From: an uncultured virus (IMG/VR IMGVR_UViG_3300042905_004424)
Taxonomy: Duplodnaviria > Heunggongvirae > Uroviricota > Caudoviricetes
Reading direction: 5' to 3' (one strand)
Length of the DNA: 20,000 bases
Virus record (IMG/VR): IMGVR_UViG_3300042905_004424
Shown here: piece after piece, positions 1 through 10,017 of the stretch
How the letters are laid out: every line of letters starts with the position of its first letter
Position numbering within the stretch: position 1 is the first letter of the stretch
The notes under the pieces: model-generated
What the model was told of the DNA's origin: nothing
What the model saw: only the letters and a program-made list of their open reading frames with translations
Database searches by the model: none
Position numbers and translations under genes: made by a program

Positions 1-2
1 AA

Positions 3-626
3 GTTGTAACTTATCACGGAAGAAATTTCCCATCATTTCCAATATCTAGTTATTATAGATCCGCAAGTGAAAGGTATTCATGTTTAAGCAAAGTTAAAAA
101 CGACGTTAAAGTTCAATTTGGTGGAACTGGAGTAATGTGTTTCCATACCTCACTTATGAAAATACCTATTGACTATTTTAAAAATCCAAACATGGCGGAT
201 GTTTGGATTGGAAAATACTGTATAGAAAATAATATAGAAATTATTTGTTTAAAACATGATGAAGGATATATGAAATATATTCCACAAAAAACAACAATTT
301 ATAATGAAGCTTCAAAATCGGATAAAATTCAAACGGGATTAGTTAATGGATTATTTACTCCAAAATTTGTAGAAACAAAAATTGTAGAAACAAAAATTGT
401 AGAAACAAAAATTGAGGATCAAGAATTTGTAAAAAAAAATACACTTAAAACACTTGAGTTAACTCAAAAACAAATAAATTACGATAAAATAAATTCTATT
501 TTTCAAAAAAGTAACCCAAAAACAATTACACAAGCAAAAAACAATCAAGAGGTGGTTAATATAAAATTAAACTCATCAACAATATCAAAACTTATGGGTA
601 AAGGTAATAAAAAGTTTAAAAAATAG
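3..626 (+). CDS. GT-A fold (GT2-like) glycosyltransferase, 5'-truncated by window edge, with low-complexity Lys-rich C-terminal tail
   Basis: The frame of ORF 135..626 is open back to base 3 (VVTYHGRNFPSFPISSYYRS...VQFGGTGVMCFHT...NMADVWIG). The HG...GTG...MAD pattern resembles the C-terminal half of GT-A enzymes; the DxD motif would lie upstream of the window. Confidence 0.6.
   Translation, partial: VVTYHGRNFPSFPISSYYRSASERYSCLSKVKNDVKVQFGGTGVMCFHTSLMKIPIDYFKNPNMADVWIGKYCIENNIEIICLKHDEGYMKYIPQKTTIYNEASKSDKIQTGLVNGLFTPKFVETKIVETKIVETKIEDQEFVKKNTLKTLELTQKQINYDKINSIFQKSNPKTITQAKNNQEVVNIKLNSSTISKLMGKGNKKFKK
367..414 (+). repeat. 15-bp tandem repeat x3.2 (ttgtagaaacaaaaa) encoding (VETKI)3
   Basis: Exact copies at 367-381, 382-396 and 397-411, plus a partial ttg; in frame. 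Confidence 0.95.
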
Positions 627-646
627 TTTTTATTTTGTTTTTGTAA

Positions 647-653
647 TATTTAT
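647..653 (+). promoter_or_regulatory. TATTTAT motif, putative phage late promoter element
   Basis: 17 nt upstream of ATG 671; the same 7-mer lies shortly upstream of 7 gene starts in the window. Confidence 0.5.
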
Positions 654-670
654 TAATAAAAAACATTATT

Positions 671-3469
671 ATGCCAATTAAACTAACAATATCACAACAA
701 CCTAACGGAGTTTTATTCTCAGGATCAGGAACACTTAATACAACCTCACTTCAAAATTTACCATCATGGGGATTAAACATGGGAACTGGAATTTTTTTTA
801 GAGGCCCAAGTAAAATTGTTGGTGGAGCCGTTGGTAATATAAAGTTACATTCAAACTTACTACAAAATTTAGTGCCAATAAGTACATTATCAAGTAGTAT
901 ATATGGTACTAGTGGTGTTATTAATTTAACGGGGGGGGCTATGAATTATTTTTTCTCAATAGGTAACCCTTGGAATGATAGTAATTCTTTTCCAAACGCC
1001 CTATCTTATTCTGATAATTACATTTCAAATCAACCTTTTAATTTTTCATATCTTATACCTAATCAAACTTATACAAGTTTAGGTATAGTTCCACAAAATA
1101 ATACTTATAGTTGGACAAATCCGCAGTTAGGTGTTTCTGACAACGTACAGGTTGTGGTATTACAACCACAAAACGCGAATGTTATAATTACTATACAACA
1201 AGTTTTAAATACTGTTAACGTAAGTGTTGTTGGAACAATAAACCCTAACGGATTAGTACCTAATGGTGTTTTTACTTATAATCCTGGTGGTTATTTAAAA
1301 GGTTCAAACCCAAATAAAAGGGTTTTTATGTTTCCTGATAACGCTCAGATGCAAACATGGCAGATAACATCATACCCTACACAACCCTTTTCACTCAATC
1401 AAGGCATTGTTGCTGCCAATATTCAGCCATCACAACCACCATACTTTCTTATTGATAATTCTAGTTTTGGAATTAGTTCAAATGCGACAAGCGGTTACAT
1501 AAATACATCAATGGTTTATAATGATCCTGGAGCAACGATTCAAACCTTAGGTTTCATTACAGGAACTTACATATGGATGGCGCCCAACAACGTATTCCAA
1601 ATGAATGTTTTACCGCCACCATCACCTACACCAACTGTAACACCAACTAAGACTACAACACCAACAGTTACACCAACAAAAACAGTTACACCAACTGTTA
1701 CTAAAACACCAACTGTAACACCAACAAATACCGCAACACCAACAAATACCGCAACACCAACTGTAACTCCAACAATTACGCCAACAAATACTGCAACACC
1801 AACTGTCACACCGACACTTACTCTTACGCCAACAGTTACAAATACAGTTACACCGACAATAACCGCAACTCAAACTGAAACACCAACACCAACTGTTACA
1901 CCTACCAATACTTTAACACCAACAGTTACGGCTACAAATACGCCGACATTAACTAAAACACCATCACCTACACCAACAACAACACCAACTAACACTCCAA
2001 GTAACACACCAAACATATCATCAAACTGTTGTTCAAATCCTGAAAATCTTCCACAAGTTAATCAAACAGTTGTTAGAAACTTCACAAACGTAACTGCTAC
2101 AGGTTCTGGAAACATTGGAGTAGGTCCTAATGCTATTAATACGTATTACCAACAATATATAGGATCATTTACAATGTTGAGTGATATTATTTTAGGAACA
2201 AATGGTGGGTTTACTTATACTTTAACTTTTTCAAATCAGATTCAAGGGATAAGATTTTTAATGTATGGAATGAATGTTAGTCCGGTATGTTCATTTACAT
2301 TCACAACAGACAGTGGACCTATAACTATTACCACATGTCAAAGCGGATGTTTAAGTGTTTCTGGAAATGTTATTTCGACAAGTACGCCATGTAATCTTCT
2401 TGCAGGGGCTGGTTATTTTGAAATAATACCTACCTCTCCTTTCACAATATTAACTATAACAGGACCAGGTGATTCGGGGGGTACGGGTCTTCAACTATGT
2501 TATTTAGATGCAATAATTCCTTCACCAACACCGACACCAACAAATACCTTAACACCAACACCAACTGTTACCGTAAGTGTTACACCAAGTATTGCTGCGT
2601 CACCAACAGCGACACCTACAAACACGGCAACACCAACAGTTACACCAACAGTTACACCAACGATTACTGAAACCCCAACACCTACGGTTACTCCAACAAT
2701 TACGGAAACACCGACCGAAACGCCAACAAATACACCAACATTAACACCAACAAATACGCCAACTGTTACTGTAACGCCAACTGTTACGGCAACTAACACG
2801 CAAACACCAACTGTAACACCGACTGAAACACCAACAAATACACCAACAGTAACGTCAACAGTAACACCAACTGTCACACCTACTGCAACTCCAACATTAA
2901 CACCACAGTCAACAGTTACTCCAACTTTAACTTCAACACCAACTCTTACACCTACGGTAACTACAACGCCATCAGTAACGCCTACATTAACGGCAACACC
3001 AACAGCGACTGTAACACCGACTATTTCAATTACACCGACGTTGACACCAACACCAACAACTTCACCAGCACCATCAAATGTGACAATATTACTCAACACA
3101 TTAATTGTTGATGGTTCAATTAACATGTTAGTTACAATTAATTATAACAATACAATTCCATTTGCAACTATTGTAAGTTTCAACCTGAACTTGGTTTATA
3201 CTAATGGAACAACGTATACAGTTCCGTTTACAATCAACATGCCGGCAAATACACCACAAGGATTTGGATCGTTTAATATTCCAGGAAATGCGGCACAAAT
3301 ATCACAAGGACTTACAAATATTAGTAATGTTGTGATTACCAATTATTCAGGAACCGTTATTCCAAATATTAATATTACGGTAAATCCTACGCCAACACCA
3401 ACACCTACAGCGACATTAACACCATTCCCAACAGTAACACCTTCACCGGCTAACTGTTGTATAATTTAA
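671..3469 (+). CDS. Mucin-like Thr/Pro-rich protein A (932 aa): two tandem beta-rich N-terminal domains, TP linker, Cys-containing domain, TP linker, C-terminal domain; probable virion surface/fibre protein
   Basis: Long (TPTVTPT)n tracts separate globular beta-rich segments. There is an internal repeat (ITIxQ..GxGxLN...SLG/TLG...YxW) and no signal peptide. Paralogous to 3544..5703. Confidence 0.85.
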   Translation: MPIKLTISQQPNGVLFSGSGTLNTTSLQNLPSWGLNMGTGIFFRGPSKIVGGAVGNIKLHSNLLQNLVPISTLSSSIYGTSGVINLTGGAMNYFFSIGNPWNDSNSFPNALSYSDNYISNQPFNFSYLIPNQTYTSLGIVPQNNTYSWTNPQLGVSDNVQVVVLQPQNANVIITIQQVLNTVNVSVVGTINPNGLVPNGVFTYNPGGYLKGSNPNKRVFMFPDNAQMQTWQITSYPTQPFSLNQGIVAANIQPSQPPYFLIDNSSFGISSNATSGYINTSMVYNDPGATIQTLGFITGTYIWMAPNNVFQMNVLPPPSPTPTVTPTKTTTPTVTPTKTVTPTVTKTPTVTPTNTATPTNTATPTVTPTITPTNTATPTVTPTLTLTPTVTNTVTPTITATQTETPTPTVTPTNTLTPTVTATNTPTLTKTPSPTPTTTPTNTPSNTPNISSNCCSNPENLPQVNQTVVRNFTNVTATGSGNIGVGPNAINTYYQQYIGSFTMLSDIILGTNGGFTYTLTFSNQIQGIRFLMYGMNVSPVCSFTFTTDSGPITITTCQSGCLSVSGNVISTSTPCNLLAGAGYFEIIPTSPFTILTITGPGDSGGTGLQLCYLDAIIPSPTPTPTNTLTPTPTVTVSVTPSIAASPTATPTNTATPTVTPTVTPTITETPTPTVTPTITETPTETPTNTPTLTPTNTPTVTVTPTVTATNTQTPTVTPTETPTNTPTVTSTVTPTVTPTATPTLTPQSTVTPTLTSTPTLTPTVTTTPSVTPTLTATPTATVTPTISITPTLTPTPTTSPAPSNVTILLNTLIVDGSINMLVTINYNNTIPFATIVSFNLNLVYTNGTTYTVPFTINMPANTPQGFGSFNIPGNAAQISQGLTNISNVVITNYSGTVIPNINITVNPTPTPTPTATLTPFPTVTPSPANCCII
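1613..2010 (+). repeat. Degenerate Thr/Pro coding repeat tract 1 of protein A
   Basis: ACN/CCN/GTN codon repeats ([10 protein letters not shown]...). Confidence 0.9.
2519..3072 (+). repeat. Degenerate Thr/Pro coding repeat tract 2 of protein A
   Basis: ACN/CCN/GTN codon repeats ([12 protein letters not shown]...). Confidence 0.9.
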
Positions 3470-3488
3470 TTTAAAAGATAAAAAAAAT

Positions 3489-3520
3489 GATGGCCCGATA
3501 AAACAATTTGTCGGGTCATT
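3489..3520 (+). terminator. Intergenic stem-loop (possible terminator or RNA processing/stabilising hairpin)
   Basis: gatggcccgataaa-acaa-tttgtcgggtcatt forms a 14-bp stem with three G-U pairs, which pair only in the + strand RNA. The U-tail is weak (gtatttat). Confidence 0.55.
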
Positions 3521-3521
3521 G

Positions 3522-3528
3522 TATTTAT
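3522..3528 (+). promoter_or_regulatory. TATTTAT motif, putative late promoter element
   Basis: 15 nt upstream of ATG 3544, directly after the hairpin. Confidence 0.5.
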
Positions 3529-3543
3529 ATATAAAAATAGATT

Positions 3544-5703
3544 ATGCCAATTACAATCAATATTTACCAACAACCTAACGGACTTCAATTCCAAGGATCA
3601 GGAACGCTAAACTTAGACTCATTTATTGGGAAAACACAAGGAAATGCGGCTAACGTAAATCAAGGTCTTAGATTCAGATCTAATGCTTTAAATAATTTAG
3701 CTTTAAATAGATTATCATGGATAGGTCTTAATAATCCTAACACTAATTATAGGTTTTACCCTAATTTATTTACGACAATACCAAATTTTGGAACCTCCTC
3801 AACAGATTATACTACCGCTATAAATACATTTGCAACAGGAGGTCAGTTTTTTATGGTGGGACAAGATGCGACTATAGGGCAATTAACCGTTCCACAGTCT
3901 TATGTTTCAGGTTTAAATTTTAGTTGGGGTTTTTTATTACCAAGTTTAACCTATGCTGGTTTAGGAATGTCTCCACAAACAATTACACGAAGTTGGACTG
4001 GATCTACTGGTGTGGTTGAGACTCTAACAATTATCGTCAACCCATTACCAACGTCAAATGTTAATATAAACGTTATTGAAACTAATGGAAATGTTTATGT
4101 TGAAGTTGTTGGAAATATAGGGACTGGATATGTAACGGCATGTGGACTTGGATTTGGACCTGGAAATTCAATATTCTCATCACAAAGATGGGTACAATTT
4201 GGGTCTAGTAGTGTTGGTTTTTGTAAAGTGCAAATAAATTCTTTCCCACCAAGTTTTGGGAATACCTCAAGAACCGCTAATATTGGATCTCAGTTCACTC
4301 CTTTTAGAGTTGACAATCAAGGGGCTTACTTTGATCAAAATGCTTTAACTGATGATATTAATACAAGTATAACTTTTACTGGAACAACAATTGCCGGTAT
4401 GGGTTTAAATACTGGAGTATATAATTGGTATGGACCCGATAATAATATCCAAATGAATATTATTGGACCAACACCAACACCAACGGTTACGGCAACCAAC
4501 ACGCAAACACCAACCGTAACACCAACAAATACCGTTACACCCACAATTACGCCAACAGTAACGCCAACAGTTACGGAGACACCAACACCAACACCTACAC
4601 CTACAGTTACGCCAACAGTTACAACTACGGTTACTATTACACCAACTGAGACACCAACTAATACGCCAACACTTACGCCAACACTTACAGAAACACCTAC
4701 CCCAACAGTTACGGCAACTGTAACAGAAACTCCTACACCAACCGCAACAGAAACACCTACAGCAACACCTACAGCAACTGTAACACAATCTGTCACACCT
4801 ACTATTACACCAACAACTACGGTTACTATTACGCCAACTGAGACACCAACTAATACACCAACACTTACACCAACAATAAGTATTACACCTAGTTTTGCGT
4901 CTTCACCAACACCTACACCTACAATTACGGAAACACCTACTGTTACTCCTACTGTTACTCCTACGGTTACTGAAACACCTACAAATACTCCGACAGTAAC
5001 TCCAACAAATACAACAACACCAACACAAACAGTTACGGAAACACCAACTCAAACACCAACAGGAACTCCATCGGTTACACCAACAGTTACGGAGACACCA
5101 ACTCAAACACCAACAGGAACTCCATCGGTTACACCAACTATTACACCAACACTTACAGAAACACCATCGGTTACACCTACTAATACGATTACGCCTACGG
5201 CAACACAAACACTTACACCTACTGTTACTCAAACACAAACTCAAACTCCTACACCGACAGCAACTGTTACCCCATCTAAATCTCCAGCACCTGCCACTTT
5301 AAATGCAAATTTTAATGTAAATGTGGTTGATGGATCAATATCAGTAATAACAACTGTTTCTTACAATTTAGGAATTCCAGTTCCAACTATAGTTTACTTC
5401 ACAGTAAATATTATTTTAACAAATGGTGTAATATTTACAGTCCCTGAAAGTATTACGATCCCTGCATCCACATTACAAGGATCTGTAACTACTACACTTC
5501 CAGGAAATGCGGCACAAGTATCTAACTTAAGTTATGTGAATAATATAACAATTACAAACTATGCTGGAGTTGTTATACCAAATATTATAATTAGCATCAA
5601 CCCAACACCAACACCTACGCCAACAGCAACATTAACACCACTACCAACTATAACACCTTCACCGGCTAATTGTTGTCCAATACTTGCAATACCAGGATCT
5701 TAA
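3544..5703 (+). CDS. Mucin-like Thr/Pro-rich protein B (719 aa), paralog of 671..3469
   Basis: Same start (MPIxxxIxQQPNGxxFxGSGTLN), two tandem beta domains, a ~275-aa TP tract, and a shared C-terminal domain (VDGSI...PGNAAQ...VIPNI...TPSPANCC). Confidence 0.85.
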   Translation: MPITINIYQQPNGLQFQGSGTLNLDSFIGKTQGNAANVNQGLRFRSNALNNLALNRLSWIGLNNPNTNYRFYPNLFTTIPNFGTSSTDYTTAINTFATGGQFFMVGQDATIGQLTVPQSYVSGLNFSWGFLLPSLTYAGLGMSPQTITRSWTGSTGVVETLTIIVNPLPTSNVNINVIETNGNVYVEVVGNIGTGYVTACGLGFGPGNSIFSSQRWVQFGSSSVGFCKVQINSFPPSFGNTSRTANIGSQFTPFRVDNQGAYFDQNALTDDINTSITFTGTTIAGMGLNTGVYNWYGPDNNIQMNIIGPTPTPTVTATNTQTPTVTPTNTVTPTITPTVTPTVTETPTPTPTPTVTPTVTTTVTITPTETPTNTPTLTPTLTETPTPTVTATVTETPTPTATETPTATPTATVTQSVTPTITPTTTVTITPTETPTNTPTLTPTISITPSFASSPTPTPTITETPTVTPTVTPTVTETPTNTPTVTPTNTTTPTQTVTETPTQTPTGTPSVTPTVTETPTQTPTGTPSVTPTITPTLTETPSVTPTNTITPTATQTLTPTVTQTQTQTPTPTATVTPSKSPAPATLNANFNVNVVDGSISVITTVSYNLGIPVPTIVYFTVNIILTNGVIFTVPESITIPASTLQGSVTTTLPGNAAQVSNLSYVNNITITNYAGVVIPNIIISINPTPTPTPTATLTPLPTITPSPANCCPILAIPGS
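4468..5292 (+). repeat. Degenerate Thr/Pro coding repeat tract of protein B, including a 54-bp near-perfect tandem duplication (5029-5082 / 5083-5136)
   Basis: [18 protein letters not shown] x2 with one synonymous mismatch; also a dispersed ~60-bp repeat at ~4621 and ~4813. Confidence 0.9.
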
Positions 5704-5774
5704 TTGGTGTCGGTGTTTACTATGTTTAATGTTGTAATAACTTTTTGTTAAAATAAAATACAAAAAAAGTTGAA

Positions 5775-6737
5775 TTGAGTCTTAGTATAATCATACCTAC
5801 TTTCAAAAACGTAGAGTTTCTTCCTGAGTTATTTGACTCAATAGATAAATGTAATTTCACTGGTGAATACGAAGTTTTAATTGGAATTGATTCTTGTGAA
5901 GATACCTTAAAATATGTTTATGAAAATCAATTTCCAACAAACTTTAAGTTCTTCTTTTTTTTAGAAAACAAAGGTCCTTATTTAATTAAAAATACTTTAT
6001 CTGATTTATCTTCTTTTGATAAACTATTTTTCTTTGACTCAGATGATGTTATGATGCCTGATTTAATAAGTGAAATTGATTCAAAGTTAAACACGTATTT
6101 GGTTGTTAAACCAAAATACATGGACTTTAAAGATCAAAACGGTATTAGAGAATATGTTGGAAAAAAACCAACTTTTGGTGAAGGTGTGTTTGGTATTATA
6201 AAAGAATTGTTTATTGAAATGAATGGTTTTGAAGGGTGGCAAGTTGCCGCTGATTCAGATTTTATGGGTAGACTTTATAAGACAAATAAAAATATTCTAC
6301 ATACATCACACATTCTTTTCCATAGAAGAATACACCCTAACTCACTAACAATTCACCCAAGAACAGGATTGTCATCTGCGTTAAGGGGTAATTATTACCA
6401 CATGAGTAAGAAGAAAACAATTGAAAATATTAAAAATAAAGAATTTTTAAAATCAAATTATAAGGTAGTTGATGTTGAAGACAAAATACTTTTAAAGTCA
6501 CAAAATGATATTAATTTGGAGATTGAAGTAAGTGATTATGAGAAAAAAAAATTAAAACACGAATCTATTGCAGATATATTTTTAAATAAACCAAAAAATA
6601 TTAAAACAGAGGTAAAGCCAAAAACAATCAATTATAACCATATTAACCAAAACACCAATTACCCAATCTCCTCACAACTATCAGTTGCATTAAAAAAGGC
6701 TAAATTAGAAAATATTAAAAAAAATCACCGTCGTTAA
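5775..6737 (+). CDS. Glycosyltransferase family 2 (GT-A) with Lys-rich C-terminal tail
   Basis: SIIIPTFKN, EVLIGIDSC, NKGPY, FFDSDD (DxD), GFEGW..AADSDF; TTG start. Confidence 0.88.
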   Translation: MSLSIIIPTFKNVEFLPELFDSIDKCNFTGEYEVLIGIDSCEDTLKYVYENQFPTNFKFFFFLENKGPYLIKNTLSDLSSFDKLFFFDSDDVMMPDLISEIDSKLNTYLVVKPKYMDFKDQNGIREYVGKKPTFGEGVFGIIKELFIEMNGFEGWQVAADSDFMGRLYKTNKNILHTSHILFHRRIHPNSLTIHPRTGLSSALRGNYYHMSKKKTIENIKNKEFLKSNYKVVDVEDKILLKSQNDINLEIEVSDYEKKKLKHESIADIFLNKPKNIKTEVKPKTINYNHINQNTNYPISSQLSVALKKAKLENIKKNHRR

Positions 6738-6749
6738 GATTTTTTTGCT

Positions 6750-6757
6750 TATATTTG
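6750..6757 (+). promoter_or_regulatory. Bacteroidota sigmaA-type -7 promoter element (TAnnTTTG)
   Basis: TATATTTG with exactly 4 nt before ATG 6762. Confidence 0.65.
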
Positions 6758-6761
6758 TTCT

Positions 6762-7133
6762 ATGAACAACACAAACAAAATAGGACATGTAATCAAGGAT
6801 GATCACATCAAAAAAGTTAAAAAACTTTTTAAGAAAAAATTAATTAAATGTGATGGTAAAGTTTGGTGCAAAAAAATTCAAATTGAAATAACTAACATCA
6901 GAAAATACAAACAAGGATATTACTTAAGCAAAGAGATTGTGCGTTACTGTTATGAGTTAGATGTTAAAATTAAATTCACAGATGAATTTGGGGTTTCCGA
7001 ATCTTGGGTTAAAAACAATAAAAGAGGTATTAACAGTCGAGTTAGAAATTGGAGTAATGAGAAATTACTACAGGACGAATTACAGTTTTTTGGAATTGAA
7101 AACATTTGCGTGTCAAAGATTCAATATGTTTAG
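6762..7133 (+). CDS. Hypothetical basic protein (123 aa)
   Basis: ORF fills the intergenic gap and has its own promoter motif; no recognisable domain. Confidence 0.75.
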   Translation: MNNTNKIGHVIKDDHIKKVKKLFKKKLIKCDGKVWCKKIQIEITNIRKYKQGYYLSKEIVRYCYELDVKIKFTDEFGVSESWVKNNKRGINSRVRNWSNEKLLQDELQFFGIENICVSKIQYV

Positions 7134-7143
7134 AGTTCTTTTA

Positions 7144-7150
7144 TATTTAT
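7144..7150 (+). promoter_or_regulatory. TATTTAT motif, putative late promoter element
   Basis: 4 nt before ATG 7155. Confidence 0.5.
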
Positions 7151-7154
7151 TGAT

Positions 7155-8069
7155 ATGAAAGTGTCATTAACAGAAGAACAACTTAGATCATTCAATAATA
7201 GACTTATTTATGAAGGTATTTTGGACGACATGGTTTTCAAAATATCTTTAATTGTTGAGGACGGTAAAACCGAACCTGACATGGAGTGGGATTTCACCAA
7301 TGTTAAAAAAGATATAGATAAATCAAAGTTATGGGTTAAAACAAAAGAAGATGCGATCCAATACGTTGAAAGTGTTGTGGATAAAATTAAAAATATTCCA
7401 CCTGAATTAAGAAAAAAAATCTTAAAATATGTAATATATTCTTTTATTGGATTACTTTCAATTAAACAACTAAATAAAATGGTTGAACCAGTTGTAAAAA
7501 AGGCTGATCAAATTGAGAAAGAAACAATCGAAAAAATTATTTCACTAAGAATTAGAAAATCAAGTCCAGAATTATATGAACACATGAGATATGAAGAAGG
7601 TTCCATAACAAAAAAAGGAGAACCTGTTTTGGTCGCCTATAATCTTGGTGATGGGGCATACACTATTGGTTATGGTCACGCAATATTTAGAGGTGAAAAT
7701 GAAGGGTATGAATTCCTACCGAATTATAATAAAATAATACCAGGTAAAACTAAAATCACTAAAGATCAGGCGGAGATACTACTTAAAGACGATATTAGTA
7801 ATTCCGAAGAGATAATAAATAAAATTCTTAATAAATGGGAAACAGAAGGTATTAAAATTAAGGTTAGTCAAGGAATGTATAATGCTATGGTATCAATGGC
7901 ATATAATATGGGTCCTGGTATTATAAAAAGTGATTTTATTAAAGCTTTAAAATCGGGCAATACATATTTAGCGGCAGAAGAAATATTAACCACAAGTTCA
8001 AACCTGTTTAAAAAATTCCCCGGTCTTGAACCAAGAAGAATGAGGGAATATAAAATGTTTACATCATGA
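7155..8069 (+). CDS. Phage lysozyme (GH24 muramidase) with ~140-aa N-terminal extension
   Basis: YEEG...AYNLGDGAYTIGYGH (E-D-T catalytic pattern), ITKDQAEILLKDDI, MVSMAYNMG, GLEPRRMREYKMF. N-terminal leader MKVSLTEEQL. Confidence 0.9.
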   Translation: MKVSLTEEQLRSFNNRLIYEGILDDMVFKISLIVEDGKTEPDMEWDFTNVKKDIDKSKLWVKTKEDAIQYVESVVDKIKNIPPELRKKILKYVIYSFIGLLSIKQLNKMVEPVVKKADQIEKETIEKIISLRIRKSSPELYEHMRYEEGSITKKGEPVLVAYNLGDGAYTIGYGHAIFRGENEGYEFLPNYNKIIPGKTKITKDQAEILLKDDISNSEEIINKILNKWETEGIKIKVSQGMYNAMVSMAYNMGPGIIKSDFIKALKSGNTYLAAEEILTTSSNLFKKFPGLEPRRMREYKMFTS

Positions 8070-8749
8070 ATAAAGAAAAAATATTAAAATTATTTAAAAA
8101 CTTTGTGGGTGAAGAGGTAAACATTTCCGGACTTCAATGTATTCCTGTTGGGGTTGGTGAATATGGTTCACATAATTCTATTATGGGTACCGGTTGGAAT
8201 CCAAACCCATATCATCAAATTCACTTTAAAATAAAAAATCCAAATAATGTCTGTTATTTTTATGCAATAATTTATGAAGAGTTATTAGAATTATTAGAAG
8301 AATTTACCCAATATATTAGTATTAAACTAAGACCAAATATAATATGGGAGGACACACAACCAAAATTTTATCTTAACGACGAAACAAGAAACAAAATACA
8401 AAAAGTTTTTGACTCTGTAAAAGAAATTAAATTTACAACAGGAAATTTAGATGGTGATGGCAAAGAATATGTTATTGAAATAAATTCAATTGGTTTTAAC
8501 AATAAACATTTTGATCTTGAATCATTTTATCTCCAAAACAAGGTTGTTCCAATATCTGCAACAAAAAATGGCGAAAATGTTGATGTGAGTGAGGTTATTT
8601 ACAAATATATAGATGAGTTTTTACCTAAAGTAGAAACTTACTATGAGTCAGAAGAATATTATAAAAAAATAGATGAGATAATTACCAAACATCCACTTTT
8701 AAATGCGGATTATATTGCGACTTATTACGATACAAAGTTTATCCAATAA
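8066..8749 (+). CDS. Hypothetical acidic protein (227 aa)
   Basis: ATGA overlap with the lysozyme stop codon; overlaps the convergent uvrC 3' end by 11 nt. Confidence 0.8.
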   Translation: MNKEKILKLFKNFVGEEVNISGLQCIPVGVGEYGSHNSIMGTGWNPNPYHQIHFKIKNPNNVCYFYAIIYEELLELLEEFTQYISIKLRPNIIWEDTQPKFYLNDETRNKIQKVFDSVKEIKFTTGNLDGDGKEYVIEINSIGFNNKHFDLESFYLQNKVVPISATKNGENVDVSEVIYKYIDEFLPKVETYYESEEYYKKIDEIITKHPLLNADYIATYYDTKFIQ

Positions 8750-10013
8750 CTTTCTTTGATCTTTTTTGTCGGTGAAAAGTAATCACGAATCGGTGAACTT
8801 CATTTTGAATCTCAGCCAATAAAAACCCAAACTCACTTCTTGGAATATCAAAACTTGACCCATCAATCTTGTGTATTGTTTGAGATTGGTGTTTATCGTT
8901 TTTAGAAATGGAGATCAAATCAATAGAAGATAACAATCCAAGAGATTCAAATACTTTTTTTGCAACACCCAACTGACCTTTACCGCCATCAATAACAACA
9001 AGTGAAGGTAACTCTTGTTTCTCATTTAAAAGTCTTTTGAAACGACGATTTAATACCTCAGTAAATGATGCGTAGTCATCAGGACCCTCAACAGTTTTGA
9101 TATTGAACTTACGATAGTTTGACTTATCGGTCTTACCATTCTTGTAACGAACAAGGGCAGACACCTGACAATCACCAGCAGTGTGAGAGTTATCAAAAGC
9201 TTCAATAAGAGTTGGAACATTCAATAAACCAAATTGTTCTTTGAAAGATCTTGAAATATCACAATACTTTCTAACACGAAACGACTCAAGTTTTTTCTCT
9301 AACAAATCAACAACATCCATTTTGTTTTTTAAGTTCTGAGAAATCTCAAACTCCATTTGTTCAGAATGATACTTCATAAACTTTCTCAAACGATTTCGAA
9401 CCTTGTCAAACTGAAAGGAAAATACATCTCTCATCTCACTTACAATCTTTAAGTAAGAAAACTTCTGAATTGAGGAAACACAAGGAGCATTACAACGACC
9501 AAGATGAAATTCCAAACAAGTCTTGAACTTTTCATTTTGAATATTTTCTTCAGTCAAGTTATAAGAACAAGATCTAAGATTGAAAATGTCATGAACCATC
9601 TCATAGATCTCATAACAAGAGTTAGAACTTGTAGATTCCAAAAGAACTTCACCAGTAAAGTTAGAAGGGTTACAAACTAAAAGTCTTGGGAACTCATCCG
9701 AACTCAAAGTGATAAACCAACGACGAGATCTGTCATCTTTTGCTTTGATGTTGTATTTTGGTTTGTGTGATTTGATAAGTTCGTCTTCCAACAAAAGAGC
9801 TTGAGATTCATCATCAGTGGTCATGAACTCAACATCACGAATCTCATTTACCAAGAAAGTTGTCTTTTTATCTTTGTGGTTTTTTTGAAAGTAAGACTTA
9901 ACTCGTTTAGGTAAAAACTTTGACTTACCCACATAGATAATCTGACCCTTCTCGTTTTTGAAAAGGTAACAGCCACTAGATTGGGGTATATTTGAAAGTT
10001 TCTCTGTAATCAC
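8739..10013 (-). CDS. uvrC: UvrC-family excinuclease (GIY-YIG + Cys cluster + UVR + RNase H-like domain; no C-terminal HhH), ~424 aa
   Basis: SGCYLFKN..IIYVGKSK..RVKSYF, LEDELIK.HKPKYN, C..CLEFHLGRCNAPC, IEAFDNSH, YRKFNIK..GPDDYASF, LVVIDGGKGQL, QNEVHRF. Start reassigned to GTG 10013 (VITEKL), 4 nt after the promoter motif. Confidence 0.93.
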   Translation of the reverse strand: MITEKLSNIPQSSGCYLFKNEKGQIIYVGKSKFLPKRVKSYFQKNHKDKKTTFLVNEIRDVEFMTTDDESQALLLEDELIKSHKPKYNIKAKDDRSRRWFITLSSDEFPRLLVCNPSNFTGEVLLESTSSNSCYEIYEMVHDIFNLRSCSYNLTEENIQNEKFKTCLEFHLGRCNAPCVSSIQKFSYLKIVSEMRDVFSFQFDKVRNRLRKFMKYHSEQMEFEISQNLKNKMDVVDLLEKKLESFRVRKYCDISRSFKEQFGLLNVPTLIEAFDNSHTAGDCQVSALVRYKNGKTDKSNYRKFNIKTVEGPDDYASFTEVLNRRFKRLLNEKQELPSLVVIDGGKGQLGVAKKVFESLGLLSSIDLISISKNDKHQSQTIHKIDGSSFDIPRSEFGFLLAEIQNEVHRFVITFHRQKRSKKVIG

Positions 10014-10017
10014 AATA

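Noticed and set aside
3455..3469. C-terminal CCII resembling a eukaryotic CaaX prenylation signal (giant virus origin)
   Set aside because: The paralog ends differently, and the context (lysozymes, PG-binding domain, UvrC, overlapping operonic genes, Bacteroidota-type promoters) indicates a bacteriophage.
1567..5244. Minus-strand ORFs rich in V/G or C/W/R (1567..1809, 1622..1873, 2500..3126, 4335..4796, 4405..4788, 4903..5244)
   Set aside because: These are shadow frames of the ACN/CCN Thr/Pro repeats, which lack stop codons on the reverse strand; there is no independent evidence of coding.
1613..5292. Repeat tracts as a CRISPR array or non-coding repeat array
   Set aside because: The repeats are degenerate, codon-phased and vary at third positions; there is no constant repeat with unique spacers and no cas genes.
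6961..7158. 65-aa alternative-frame ORF
   Set aside because: It is almost entirely nested in 6762..7133 and runs across the next promoter motif; no recognisable features.
9987..9994. Additional TATATTTG on + strand inside uvrC
   Set aside because: It is not followed by a start codon at the 4-nt spacing and lies antisense within a CDS, so it is probably chance, although a promoter for 10093 cannot be excluded.
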